A stretch of 59,075 nucleotides of DNA, the filler included. It is 6 parts of 6 records of this genome, joined end to end, with 100 filler letters (N's around TTAATTAATTAA, not from the genome) between each part and the next. Parts side by side here need not be neighbours in the genome. Positions count along the whole stretch, not along the records: positions 1 to 14,405 come from SRR31156797_17228; positions 14,506 to 20,071 come from SRR31156797_17253; 4 more parts are not named here. One strand, written 5' to 3'. Made by a program: the position numbers and the translations under genes. Below the pieces are notes generated by a model. It was not told where the DNA came from and searched no databases. It saw nothing but the letters and a program-made list of their open reading frames with translations. Shown here one piece after another: positions 9,006-17,311 of the stretch (position 1 is its first letter; each line of letters starts with the position of its first letter).

Positions 9006-11024
9006 TTAACCGTCCGTATGGAACCATTCATAGACTTTGTTGGCAATTTCCTGGCTGATTCCTTCAACCGCCTCCAGATCCGCCTGTCCGGCGGCCGCGA
9101 CAGCGGCAGCGGAGCCGAAATGATGAAGCAAAGCTTTTTTTCGTTTCGGGCCGATATTGGGGATTTCGTCGAGGGTCGATTTCGTGATTCCACGCGACCT
9201 TTTTCCCCGATGAGCGCCAATGGCGAAGCGGTGTGCCTCGTCGCGAAGCCTCTGCAGGAGGTACAGAACCGGATCCCGGGCGGGAAGCGTGAAGGGTTTA
9301 CGGTCGGGGAGAAATATCTTCTCGCGACCGGCGTTGCGATCGGGTCCCTTGGCGATGGCCGCAAGGGCGACATCCTCGATCCCCAGTTCGGCGAAGACTT
9401 CGCGGGTCACACCCAATTGCCCGGCCCCGCCGTCGATCAGGACAAGATCCGGCCATTGGCCGCGCCCGCGGTCGGGGTCCTCTTTGAGGGCGCGGGCGAA
9501 CCGGCGGGTCAGCACTTCCCGCATCATGGCGTAGTCGTCGCCGGGAGAAGCCGTCTCGCCGTCGCCATCTTCCGGTGCCTCATTTTCAGCATGTCCGCGA
9601 ATATTGAATTTGCGATAGGCCGCCTTGATAAATCCTTCCGGTCCGGCGACGATCATCGCGCCGACCGCCCGGCTGCCCGATATGTGGCTGTTGTCGTAGA
9701 CTTCGATCCGTTGCGGCGGCCCTTCCAACTCGAACGTGGCCGCCAGGCCTTCCAACAACTTGCGTTGGGTTGCGCTTTCCGTCAGGCGGCGGCTCAAGGC
9801 TTCCCGGGCATTGGCGGCTGCGTGGTCGACCAATGCCCGCTTGTCGCCTCGTTGCGGAGCAATAAGACGGACCCGGCGGTCAGCCCGCACCGAAAGCGCC
9901 TCGGCGACAAGCGCCGCGTGCGGCAATCGGTGGCTTAGCAGTATCGTGTGCGGGGGCGGGTTCGACGCATAGAACTGTCCCAGAAACGCTTCAAGGACCT
10001 GCGGTGCCTCCTGGTCCTGGGCATGGCTTGGAAAATAGGCGCGGTTGCCGTAGTTGCGGCCGGCCCGGAAAAAGAAAACCTGTATGCAGGTCTGGCCACC
10101 GGCCTGATGGGCGGCGACCACATCGGCACTGGAAATGCCGCCGATGTTGATGTCCTGGTGGGCCTGTACACGAGTCAGAGCGTTTATCCGGTCCCTGTAC
10201 TGGGCGGCGGCTTCGAATTCCAGCCGATCGCTCGACTGCTGCATCAGTCCGGCCAGGCGCTTTTGAACTTTCTGGCTTTCGCCGGTCAGAAATTCACGCG
10301 CCTCGCCGACCAAAATAGCATAGTCGTCCTCGCTTACCTTTCCAACGCATGGGGCACTGCAACGCTTGATCTGGTGCAGGAGGCACGGGCGGGTTCTGGC
10401 GGCGAATACGGCATCGGTGCAGGAGCGCAGCAAAAAGGCCCGCTGCAGCACCGCCAAGGTTTCGTTGACCGCCCAGGCCGAGGCAAACGGGCCGAAATAA
10501 TCCCCTTTGCGGCCGCGGCCGCCGCGATGCTTCAGCACCTGGGGGAATTCGTGATCGGCCGTCACCAAAATGGACGGGAAGGATTTGTCGTCGCGAAGCA
10601 GAATATTGTAGCGCGGCTTGAACCGCTTGATCAGATTTGCCTCGAGCAGCAGTGCCTCGGCTTCGGTGTGGGTGGTGACGAATTCCATGGTCTCCGTCTC
10701 CGAGATCATGCGCCGGAGGCGGTTGGGTTGCCGCAACAGATTGGTATAGCTGGCAACTCTTTTTTTCAGGTTTTTGGCCTTGCCGACGTAGAGCACATCG
10801 CCGGTCCGATTGATCATGCGATAGACGCCCGGTTTGGCCGGCAGCGTTCGCAGGTATCCATTGATGACGGCGACGCCGGAGGCGATCCGCGATTCACTCA
10901 TCGGTGGCGGTGGAGATTCGCTCGGCCGGTCGGGATTTCGCGGCCGGTTCGCCCGTGAACGCGGGGCCTTGTCGTTGGCCCGGGTATCCCGGCGCACTCC
11001 CGAATTTTGACGCTTGGCGTTCAT
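9006..11024 (-). CDS. uvrC: Excinuclease ABC subunit C
   Basis: GIY-YIG (PGVYRM...[13 protein letters not shown]), Cys cluster [43 protein letters not shown], Hh[11 protein letters not shown]. Start uncertain (ATG 11024 or 10901). Confidence 0.96.
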   Translation of the reverse strand: MNAKRQNSGVRRDTRANDKAPRSRANRPRNPDRPSESPPPPMSESRIASGVAVINGYLRTLPAKPGVYRMINRTGDVLYVGKAKNLKKRVASYTNLLRQPNRLRRMISETETMEFVTTHTEAEALLLEANLIKRFKPRYNILLRDDKSFPSILVTADHEFPQVLKHRGGRGRKGDYFGPFASAWAVNETLAVLQRAFLLRSCTDAVFAARTRPCLLHQIKRCSAPCVGKVSEDDYAILVGEAREFLTGESQKVQKRLAGLMQQSSDRLEFEAAAQYRDRINALTRVQAHQDINIGGISSADVVAAHQAGGQTCIQVFFFRAGRNYGNRAYFPSHAQDQEAPQVLEAFLGQFYASNPPPHTILLSHRLPHAALVAEALSVRADRRVRLIAPQRGDKRALVDHAAANAREALSRRLTESATQRKLLEGLAATFELEGPPQRIEVYDNSHISGSRAVGAMIVAGPEGFIKAAYRKFNIRGHAENEAPEDGDGETASPGDDYAMMREVLTRRFARALKEDPDRGRGQWPDLVLIDGGAGQLGVTREVFAELGIEDVALAAIAKGPDRNAGREKIFLPDRKPFTLPARDPVLYLLQRLRDEAHRFAIGAHRGKRSRGITKSTLDEIPNIGPKRKKALLHHFGSAAAVAAAGQADLEAVEGISQEIANKVYEWFHTDG

Positions 11025-11112
11025 GGCTTCGTATTTGGAGGAACTGGTCTTCCGCGTCAACGCGCAAGAACAGGCTTGGCGGCGGATACTGTTTGTCGGA
11101 TGCGACAAATAG

Positions 11113-11332
11113 TAATCCACGATTTGTGTGGATAAGTCTGTTGATTTTCGTCTTGTCGGGCGTGCGGTCCCACCAATTCCGCCATTTTCCACGCTTTGCA
11201 TAAATTTTGTGCAGATTTGTAACGCCTTGATTTTACTGACGAATATTCATGTCAGGTTGGTGCATTACGGGTATGTGATAAACCTGAAACACAAGGCTCA
11301 CAAAAGGGAAACAAACCGCAGGCTGTGAACAA
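11113..11332. promoter_or_regulatory. DnaA-box cluster with IHF consensus site (DARS/datA-like or DnaA-regulated promoter)
   Basis: Perfect TGTGGATAA at 11127-11135; imperfect boxes TAATCCACG 11113-11121, TGTTGATTT 11139-11147, TTTTCCACG 11185-11193, TTTGCATAA 11195-11203, TGTGAACAA 11324-11332; minus-strand AATCAAGGCGTTA (11220-11232) matches IHF WATCAANNNNTTR. Confidence 0.6.
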
Positions 11333-11397
11333 CTTGGGAAAAATGCACGCAATTTGCATGAACTTTGAAGACGTCTTCAGAATTGAGGTCGCAGGAT

Positions 11398-11811
11398 TTA
11401 AGTGCGTACGCGTTCGATTTCGACACCGACACTTTTGGTATCAGTAAAGACGTCCAGCTTCTCTATGCGTACCCTAACCGAAAGGATCCGGATGTCCTCG
11501 AGACATAGGGTTGCGATATCCTCTGCCAGGGTCTCGACCAGATTGACGTGGCCCCGCCCGACGATGGCCCGAATTCCGTCGGCGACGTCTTCGTAACACA
11601 CGACATTCGCGAGATTGTCGTTCAGTTTTCCTGTCGTTTCCCGGACCGCCATATCGAGGTTGACCCGTACCCTTTGCGTGCCGGTTCGTTCGTGCCTGTG
11701 AACGCCGATGAAGCAGGGAAGCACCAAGTCGCGAATGAAAACGTGGCGGACGGCATTGCGGGCGTCGGCAATGTGAAAGGGGCGGACGATATTGCCGCTA
11801 TCGGCAGTCAT
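11398..11811 (-). CDS. folB: Dihydroneopterin aldolase
   Basis: VFIRDL...IGVHRHER...QRVRVNLDM, VCYE, HVNLVETLAE, VRVRIEK, SVGVEIER. Confidence 0.92.
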   Translation of the reverse strand: MTADSGNIVRPFHIADARNAVRHVFIRDLVLPCFIGVHRHERTGTQRVRVNLDMAVRETTGKLNDNLANVVCYEDVADGIRAIVGRGHVNLVETLAEDIATLCLEDIRILSVRVRIEKLDVFTDTKSVGVEIERVRT

Positions 11812-11852
11812 TCAATCGGTTCTCCATGGCGCCAATGGTTAACTTGGGCCGG

Positions 11853-12623
11853 CTATTCCTCGATATGCTCGACCCGAGCCGGCGGCGCCCAACCAAGGTG
11901 CTGGCCGCCGTCGAGGGCGATCATCTGCCCGGTCATCGACGGGGCGCCCAGAATATAGCGGACGGCCTCGCAAATTTCTTTCGGATCGACCTGTCGTGCC
12001 AGGGGCAACATTCCCCATTGCCGTTTGAACTGCTCTTCCGTCTGGCGGGCGCTTGGCAGGGTCGGGCCGGGACCAACCGCATTGACACGAATACCTGGCG
12101 CCAATGCCAAGGCAAGCGTTTGGGTCAATGTCCACAGTGCCGCCTTGCTGACCGTATAGGACGTGAACGATCCGGTCAGGTTCCAGACCCGCTGATCGAT
12201 AACATTGATGACGTTGCCTTCCGTATCGGGTGGAAGCTGCGCCGCGAACTTCTGAACCAGAACGAATGGTGCCCGCAGATTGACCTGCATATGGGCATCC
12301 CAGGATTCCTTGGTTGCCGTTTTCGGCGAGTCCTTTTCGAATATGGAAGCGTTGTTGACCAGGCAGGAAATCGGGCCGACAACGCTGGCGGCAAGGTCGA
12401 CAAGGGCGGCGCAATCCATTTCGTCACCGAGATCGGCGCGCACCGGTGCCGCTTTGCCGCCGGCATTGGCGATTTCGTCGCATACCCCAATGGCGTCCGA
12501 TTCCGAATCGCGATAGTGAATGGCTACGGCCCAGCCGTTTGCGGCGAGATCGAGGGCAATCGCTCTGCCGATCCGCTTGGCCGCTCCGGTAATCAGGGCG
12601 GCGCGATGGTTTATCCCACTCAT
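11853..12623 (-). CDS. SDR oxidoreductase, pteridine reductase/FolM-like
   Basis: TGAAKRIGRAIA, NNASIF, YTVSK (YxxxK), DGGQHL; directly upstream of folB. Confidence 0.9.
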   Translation of the reverse strand: MSGINHRAALITGAAKRIGRAIALDLAANGWAVAIHYRDSESDAIGVCDEIANAGGKAAPVRADLGDEMDCAALVDLAASVVGPISCLVNNASIFEKDSPKTATKESWDAHMQVNLRAPFVLVQKFAAQLPPDTEGNVINVIDQRVWNLTGSFTSYTVSKAALWTLTQTLALALAPGIRVNAVGPGPTLPSARQTEEQFKRQWGMLPLARQVDPKEICEAVRYILGAPSMTGQMIALDGGQHLGWAPPARVEHIEE

Positions 12624-12768
12624 GGCCCGCAGAATGATCCAACCGGCGAAGGGATTCAAGCATCGGCCCGGTGCCGAAAATCGATGACTTCAGGAAATCA
12701 TGTGATATCCGAAGTTTTATTTCGTCTCTCCCGCCGAAAATCCGTCAGTGAATTTGCTTCCGTGTCGA

Positions 12769-13260
12769 TCAGCTAGATGACGAACGGGCGAATTTGCCGA
12801 ATTCGTCCACGACCTTTTCATATACGGGCCGCTTGAAAGAAACAACAAGCGCCGGGATTTCCAGGGCCGGGGTCCATTTCCAGGACGAAAACTCGGGATT
12901 GGGGCAAGCATTCAGGTCGATTTCGGCGTCGTTGCCGTGAAACTTGAGCGCAAACCACTTTTGCGTCTGGCCGCGGTAGCGTCCTTTCCAGGTTATATCC
13001 CGAAGTTCTCGCGGCAGGTCGTAGCTAAGCCAGCGCTTGCTCTCGGCCAGGATTTTCACGTTTCGGATTCCGGTTTCTTCCGCCAGTTCCCTGAGGACGG
13101 CGGTTCGGGGTGTTTCGTTCCCTTCGATTCCGCCTTGCGGCATTTGCCAGGCGAGCTTGTCGAAACCGGCCCGCTGGCCGACAAAGACCAAGCCTTCGGC
13201 ATTGATTAGGAAAGCACCGACGCAGGGCCGGTAGGCCGGATCGGGCAAAATCTGCGTCAT
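12769..13260 (-). CDS. rppH: RNA pyrophosphohydrolase (Nudix)
   Basis: YRPCVG, WQMPQGGI, Nudix box GGIEGNETPRTAVLRELAEETG, YRGQTQKWF, PEFSSWKW. Confidence 0.95.
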   Translation of the reverse strand: MTQILPDPAYRPCVGAFLINAEGLVFVGQRAGFDKLAWQMPQGGIEGNETPRTAVLRELAEETGIRNVKILAESKRWLSYDLPRELRDITWKGRYRGQTQKWFALKFHGNDAEIDLNACPNPEFSSWKWTPALEIPALVVSFKRPVYEKVVDEFGKFARSSSS

Positions 13261-13267
13261 GTCATTT

Positions 13268-14404
13268 TCAGCGCGCGCGCTGCTTGCCTGCGACGGCCGA
13301 GGCGGGAACCAGCTTTACCGCCCTTGTTTTCAATGTCGACGACCATTCCGCAATCGCGGCGATGGATATGGGGTAGGGCCGGGCCAGGGCGACGGCGGCC
13401 CCCCTTTCCCTGGCGGCGCTTTCCAGTGAATCGAGCTGTCGGCGGATCGAGGCCCGCGACGGATTGTCATCCAGCGACACGTCGACGAATGCGGCTGGCA
13501 GTTCGAATTCCGCTGAAAGACGCGGCCCGACCGTGTCCGAGGCGGTAAAGGCGTCGACGAACATAAGCCCCCGCCGGTTCAGGGCCTGGAGGACCGGACG
13601 CATCTGATCTTCGGCCAATGTGAAACGAGATCCCATCGCGGTGACGACACCGACATATCCGGAAAGCCGGCTGAGAAGGAAGTCCAACCGGCCCAGGTTT
13701 TCGGCCGGGCTGATCGAGGCCATCAGAGCCCTCGGGCCGGGATCCTGGGTCGGAAAGTCCGACGGTTCCATCGGCAATTCCAAAAAAACCTCGTGCCCGG
13801 CCTGGCGGGCGGACGACACCCAGTCGGCCAAGCCGGTGCCGTACGGTTTGAACGCCAGGGAGACCTCCGCCGGCAGGTATTTGATCGCGGCTTCGGTCGT
13901 TGCACGGCTCATTCCCAGTTCCGTGACAATGATCGCGATCGGCGAATCGGCGTCGCTTCCTTCGTACGGCCGGGCATAGATCTGCCAGGGTTTGCGTCCG
14001 TCGTCGCCGACCCTGGGAAGCGGCCCTGCCGGACTGTTCTCGATAAGACCGGAATCGGGCGCTTTCGCCAATGCCTGTCCGGCTGGTGCAGCCGGTAGAT
14101 TACCAAATGCCGAGAGAACGACCGGTGTCACCACGACACCGGCACCGGGGCCTTCCGATACGGCCGCTATGGCGTTCAGCGTATCGGTTGCGCTGAGTTT
14201 TTGTCCGGCTCGCGGCAGAAGACGTCCCTGGTTCGGACGGGGACGCGGCGCGATATCAAGAACGATGCGAGAGTCGTCGGCCTCGACATTTTGAACTGTC
14301 GACGGGTCCGATTCCGAGTCGCTGCCCAGAAACCACCAAGCCGCTCCGCCGATGATCAGGATGGCTGCAAGGGTTCCGCCACCGATGGCGACCAGCAGAA
14401 CCCG
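13268..14404 (-). CDS. Divergent polysaccharide deacetylase family protein, 5'-truncated by contig edge
   Basis: IAIIVTELGMS, GHEVFLELPMEP..DPGP, GYVGVVTAMGSRFT; frame stays open to the contig end with an N-terminal TM segment (VLLVAIGGGTLAAILIIGGAAWWFL). Confidence 0.88.
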   Translation of the reverse strand, partial: RVLLVAIGGGTLAAILIIGGAAWWFLGSDSESDPSTVQNVEADDSRIVLDIAPRPRPNQGRLLPRAGQKLSATDTLNAIAAVSEGPGAGVVVTPVVLSAFGNLPAAPAGQALAKAPDSGLIENSPAGPLPRVGDDGRKPWQIYARPYEGSDADSPIAIIVTELGMSRATTEAAIKYLPAEVSLAFKPYGTGLADWVSSARQAGHEVFLELPMEPSDFPTQDPGPRALMASISPAENLGRLDFLLSRLSGYVGVVTAMGSRFTLAEDQMRPVLQALNRRGLMFVDAFTASDTVGPRLSAEFELPAAFVDVSLDDNPSRASIRRQLDSLESAARERGAAVALARPYPISIAAIAEWSSTLKTRAVKLVPASAVAGKQRAR

Positions 14405-14405
14405 A

Positions 14406-14505
14406 NNNNNNNNNNNNNNNNNNNNNNNNNNNNNNNNNNNNNNNNNNNNTTAATTAATTAANNNNNNNNNNNNNNNNNNNNNNNNNNNNNNNNNNNNNNN
14501 NNNNN
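14406..14505. other. Artificial contig spacer
   Basis: N-run with central TTAATTAATTAA (stops in all six frames); abrupt GC-rich to AT-rich switch across it. Confidence 0.99.
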
Positions 14506-14575
14506 CGATGAAGATTTTGTTTTGCCCACGCGCTTCTGCCCTTCGAGACAGTTTGGGAAGCCCACTCACATTGCA

Positions 14576-14626
14576 CACATTTGCAATTCACACAAGCAGC
14601 CCCAGAAACCAAAATTTGCAAAAGAG
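14576..14626 (+). repeat. Hairpin-forming direct repeat, copy 1
   Basis: CACATTTGCAATTCACACAAGC...CCAAAATTTGCAAAAGAG; near-identical blocks recur at 19898-19947. Confidence 0.75.
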
Positions 14627-14842
14627 TGCAATTTCCCAACCTAAATATCAATTATAATCATTTCATATCAAACCTTTAAACTTAGCTAATTAAACAATTT
14701 TAAAATCCTTTTTAATACGAACCTACTGCACTTAACCTGCTCACAAAATGCGACTTAGCGAAATTTATATAAAAAAAAAAAAAACGGAATGAAACAAAAA
14801 ATATTTATATAGATTTTTAGCAAAGTGAAGGGATTAATTATT

Positions 14843-14850
14843 TATATTTG
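14843..14850 (+). promoter_or_regulatory. Bacteroidota -7 promoter element (TAnnTTTG)
   Basis: TATATTTG upstream of the three-gene operon; only a weak -33 match (TTAG at 14817-14820). Confidence 0.45.
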
Positions 14851-15292
14851 TTCTACCATTAAAAATATCGCAATTAATTTTAACCCGAATTATTGACGCT
14901 TGAAAACAGAAGAATATGTTACAACTCCAAATTAACCTTGAGAAACAAATCTCTAAAGAAAAAATACTGAAGTCCTTGCTTACATTCTATTCCCAATTAA
15001 TGGTATATGAAGTATTCATTGAGAATACCAAACAAATCTGCTGTAGAACTTTATAAGGAAAAGTTATTTAATCATTTTTTCCATAACCTCAAATCATGAA
15101 ATCAAAATTGAAAAATCAAAAAACCAATTTTCATTTATTTCTTAAATCAATAAGGATTTAAAACAAGCAAACATTAATATAATTCAAGGGTAAAAAGCAA
15201 CCCAGCCCTTTAAAAGAACCAGGTTGCACAAATTGTTTTAATAACCGGAATGGGGAGCAGTAACTCTCCATTCCACAAAACTTTACAAAGTA

Positions 15293-16351
15293 ATGAAAAA
15301 TTTTATTGTATTTGCTATGGTAATAGCAGGATTAACCATTTTAAATGGTTGCCAAAAAGATGAACTTGTAGTTAGCCATCTGACTGATGATGTGCTTTCG
15401 CAAGAAGCTTTTAAGCCAGATGTTTACGTAGAAAATGATTATCTGGTATTCAAAGACTACCAAACTTATTCTTCTATTTCAGATGAACTTGATTTAATGG
15501 ACGATGAACAAATCGACAACTGGGAAAGAAAACTTGGTTTTCATTCGGCGAGGTCGTTCATGAATGAGGTTTATAAAAAACTTGACGAGGATATTTCCAT
15601 AGAAAACTATGAGAAAGTAAAAGAGGAATATCAGGGAAGGTTAATTTTTACCGAAGATATGGACTTATTACTTCCATTTTATGCCACTGCATGGGAGAAA
15701 GTATTAAATCCAAAGGGAGAAATGAAAATTGGGCATACTATTTATAAGTTTTATCAAGACCGGGAAGTTATGATAATGGATGGTTCAGATAGTGATTTGG
15801 ACAATCTTTCCAAAATTATATCCGACACAAGTAAAGTCAAAGTATTTTATCCAAACAAAAACAATTTACTAAAATCAGTTCAGTGGGGAACTTTATTGAG
15901 TGGAACTGAATGGAATGGAAGTAAAATGAGGTTAGACTGGAATTATCAACTTATAAGTTTATATTATTATGGCACCGGATATGGTTCCATTTACTATACA
16001 GAAAAAGGTTTTGAACTCAAACATTGGATGCGCCAAAAAAGAAAAAAATTATGGTGGTCATATAACAAAACACAGTACTATATGACAAATATGAATTTAC
16101 ATATTGAATTTTACAGGGATTATAGCAACTTATTGGGTTGGTCAAACAAGTTTGTTTATAATCAAACAATTCAAGACTATACATCACCAGAAACAACACA
16201 AGGTTGCACTTATCGATTTTTAAGATATTATGATGTTGTTTTAGGTTATTGCCCACAAGTAAATCCTGAAATATATGATAATACATTTACATTTTGGTCA
16301 AGAGGATTAGATTACGCAAACAGAAAAACAATAAATTATACCAATCAATAA
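15293..16351 (+). CDS. Bacteroidota lipoprotein, DUF4848-like N-terminal domain
   Basis: Signal II with lipobox ILNGC followed by QKDE (surface-export-like signal); VENDYLVFKD...IDNWERKLGFHS...VLNPKGEMKIG pattern recalled from DUF4848; Tyr/Trp-rich C-terminal half. Confidence 0.7.
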   Translation: MKNFIVFAMVIAGLTILNGCQKDELVVSHLTDDVLSQEAFKPDVYVENDYLVFKDYQTYSSISDELDLMDDEQIDNWERKLGFHSARSFMNEVYKKLDEDISIENYEKVKEEYQGRLIFTEDMDLLLPFYATAWEKVLNPKGEMKIGHTIYKFYQDREVMIMDGSDSDLDNLSKIISDTSKVKVFYPNKNNLLKSVQWGTLLSGTEWNGSKMRLDWNYQLISLYYYGTGYGSIYYTEKGFELKHWMRQKRKKLWWSYNKTQYYMTNMNLHIEFYRDYSNLLGWSNKFVYNQTIQDYTSPETTQGCTYRFLRYYDVVLGYCPQVNPEIYDNTFTFWSRGLDYANRKTINYTNQ

Positions 16352-16355
16352 CTTA

Positions 16356-16392
16356 AAATTCCGAGTTGGACATAACATCCGGCCCGGAATTT
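16356..16392 (+). terminator. Intercistronic stem-loop (partial terminator or mRNA stabiliser)
   Basis: AAATTCCGAGTTGGA-cataaca-TCCGGCCCGGAATTT followed by T-rich sequence, right after the first gene's stop. Confidence 0.6.
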
Positions 16393-16411
16393 AGTTTTAT
16401 TTAAAAAACTG

Positions 16412-17311
16412 ATGTTGAAAATAAAAGCTATTTTTGTATTATCTATTATATTAACTTCATGTATCAGTGAAGTTAATATTCAATTACCTCAGGATGAACT
16501 TGAAATCACACTAAACTGTGTTTTGCGACCAAATAGTGATACCGTTATAGCCCTCCTATCTTATTCAAAACCATTGTTATCTACGGTGAGTTTTGAAGAT
16601 GTAAAGAATGCAAAAGTAAGGTTATTCGAGGATGGTAAAATATTAGGAGAGTTTGTCAAATCAGATTCAACAGCATGGAGTATGCCATACCGAGTTATTC
16701 CAGGGAAAGAGTATAAAATTGAAGTTGCTCTCAATAATGAATCAATCTGGGGTAAAACCACTATTCCTAAGAATATTGATATTGACATTTCGGTAATGAA
16801 AGAAGTTAATTACCGTTTTGATTATCAAGTTTCTTTTATTGACAGCAAAAATGAAGAAAATTTTTACTGGATTTCGGCAAAAGGATACAGCCAGTATCAG
16901 GGAAAACCTATTTTGGAACAGGCTCCAGCACTTTACACCGACTACAGTCTTGCCGATGATTTTAACCGTTATATCGAAACATTTGCAGGGTACCAATATA
17001 TGTACGAAGATTACATTCGAATAACAGATAAAATGATATCAGGAGAATCTGTTATGTGCCAGTTTAGTCCTGCCAGTATTGATATAAATTTGGGACCACA
17101 ACAAATCTTTGTTCTTTCAATCGACTATCATTTAGATAAATATATGAAATCAAGTTTATTGATGGAGGAAAACGATTTATGGGCTGAAGAAGTCCCTATT
17201 GTTTATGCCCCATTTTCAGTTTACTCAAATATTCATAATGGAACTGGAATTGTCGGGTCGTATAATAGTTACAATAGAACTTTTTCAAAAAGTAAGCATG
17301 ATAACTATTAG
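16412..17311 (+). CDS. DUF4249-like lipoprotein (TonB-receptor partner)
   Basis: Lipobox LTSC; GKEYKIEV...GKTTIP; FIDSKNEENFY; C-terminal VYSNIHNGTGIVGS typical of DUF4249. Confidence 0.8.
   Translation: MLKIKAIFVLSIILTSCISEVNIQLPQDELEITLNCVLRPNSDTVIALLSYSKPLLSTVSFEDVKNAKVRLFEDGKILGEFVKSDSTAWSMPYRVIPGKEYKIEVALNNESIWGKTTIPKNIDIDISVMKEVNYRFDYQVSFIDSKNEENFYWISAKGYSQYQGKPILEQAPALYTDYSLADDFNRYIETFAGYQYMYEDYIRITDKMISGESVMCQFSPASIDINLGPQQIFVLSIDYHLDKYMKSSLLMEENDLWAEEVPIVYAPFSVYSNIHNGTGIVGSYNSYNRTFSKSKHDNY

Noticed and set aside
11025-11201. ORF-track N-terminal extension of uvrC to 11201
   Set aside because: It runs through the DnaA-box region and does not resemble UvrC; a downstream ATG is more plausible.
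11050-11397. Calling the uvrC-folB gap the chromosomal origin
   Set aside because: Only one perfect DnaA box, no clear DUE, and none of the usual alphaproteobacterial oriC neighbours (hemE, dnaA, parAB). Kept as DARS-like instead.
4252-12776. Several 250-340 aa + strand ORFs (4252, 5570, 6411, 8958, 9948, 11826)
   Set aside because: All lie opposite well-supported housekeeping genes and lack domain motifs.
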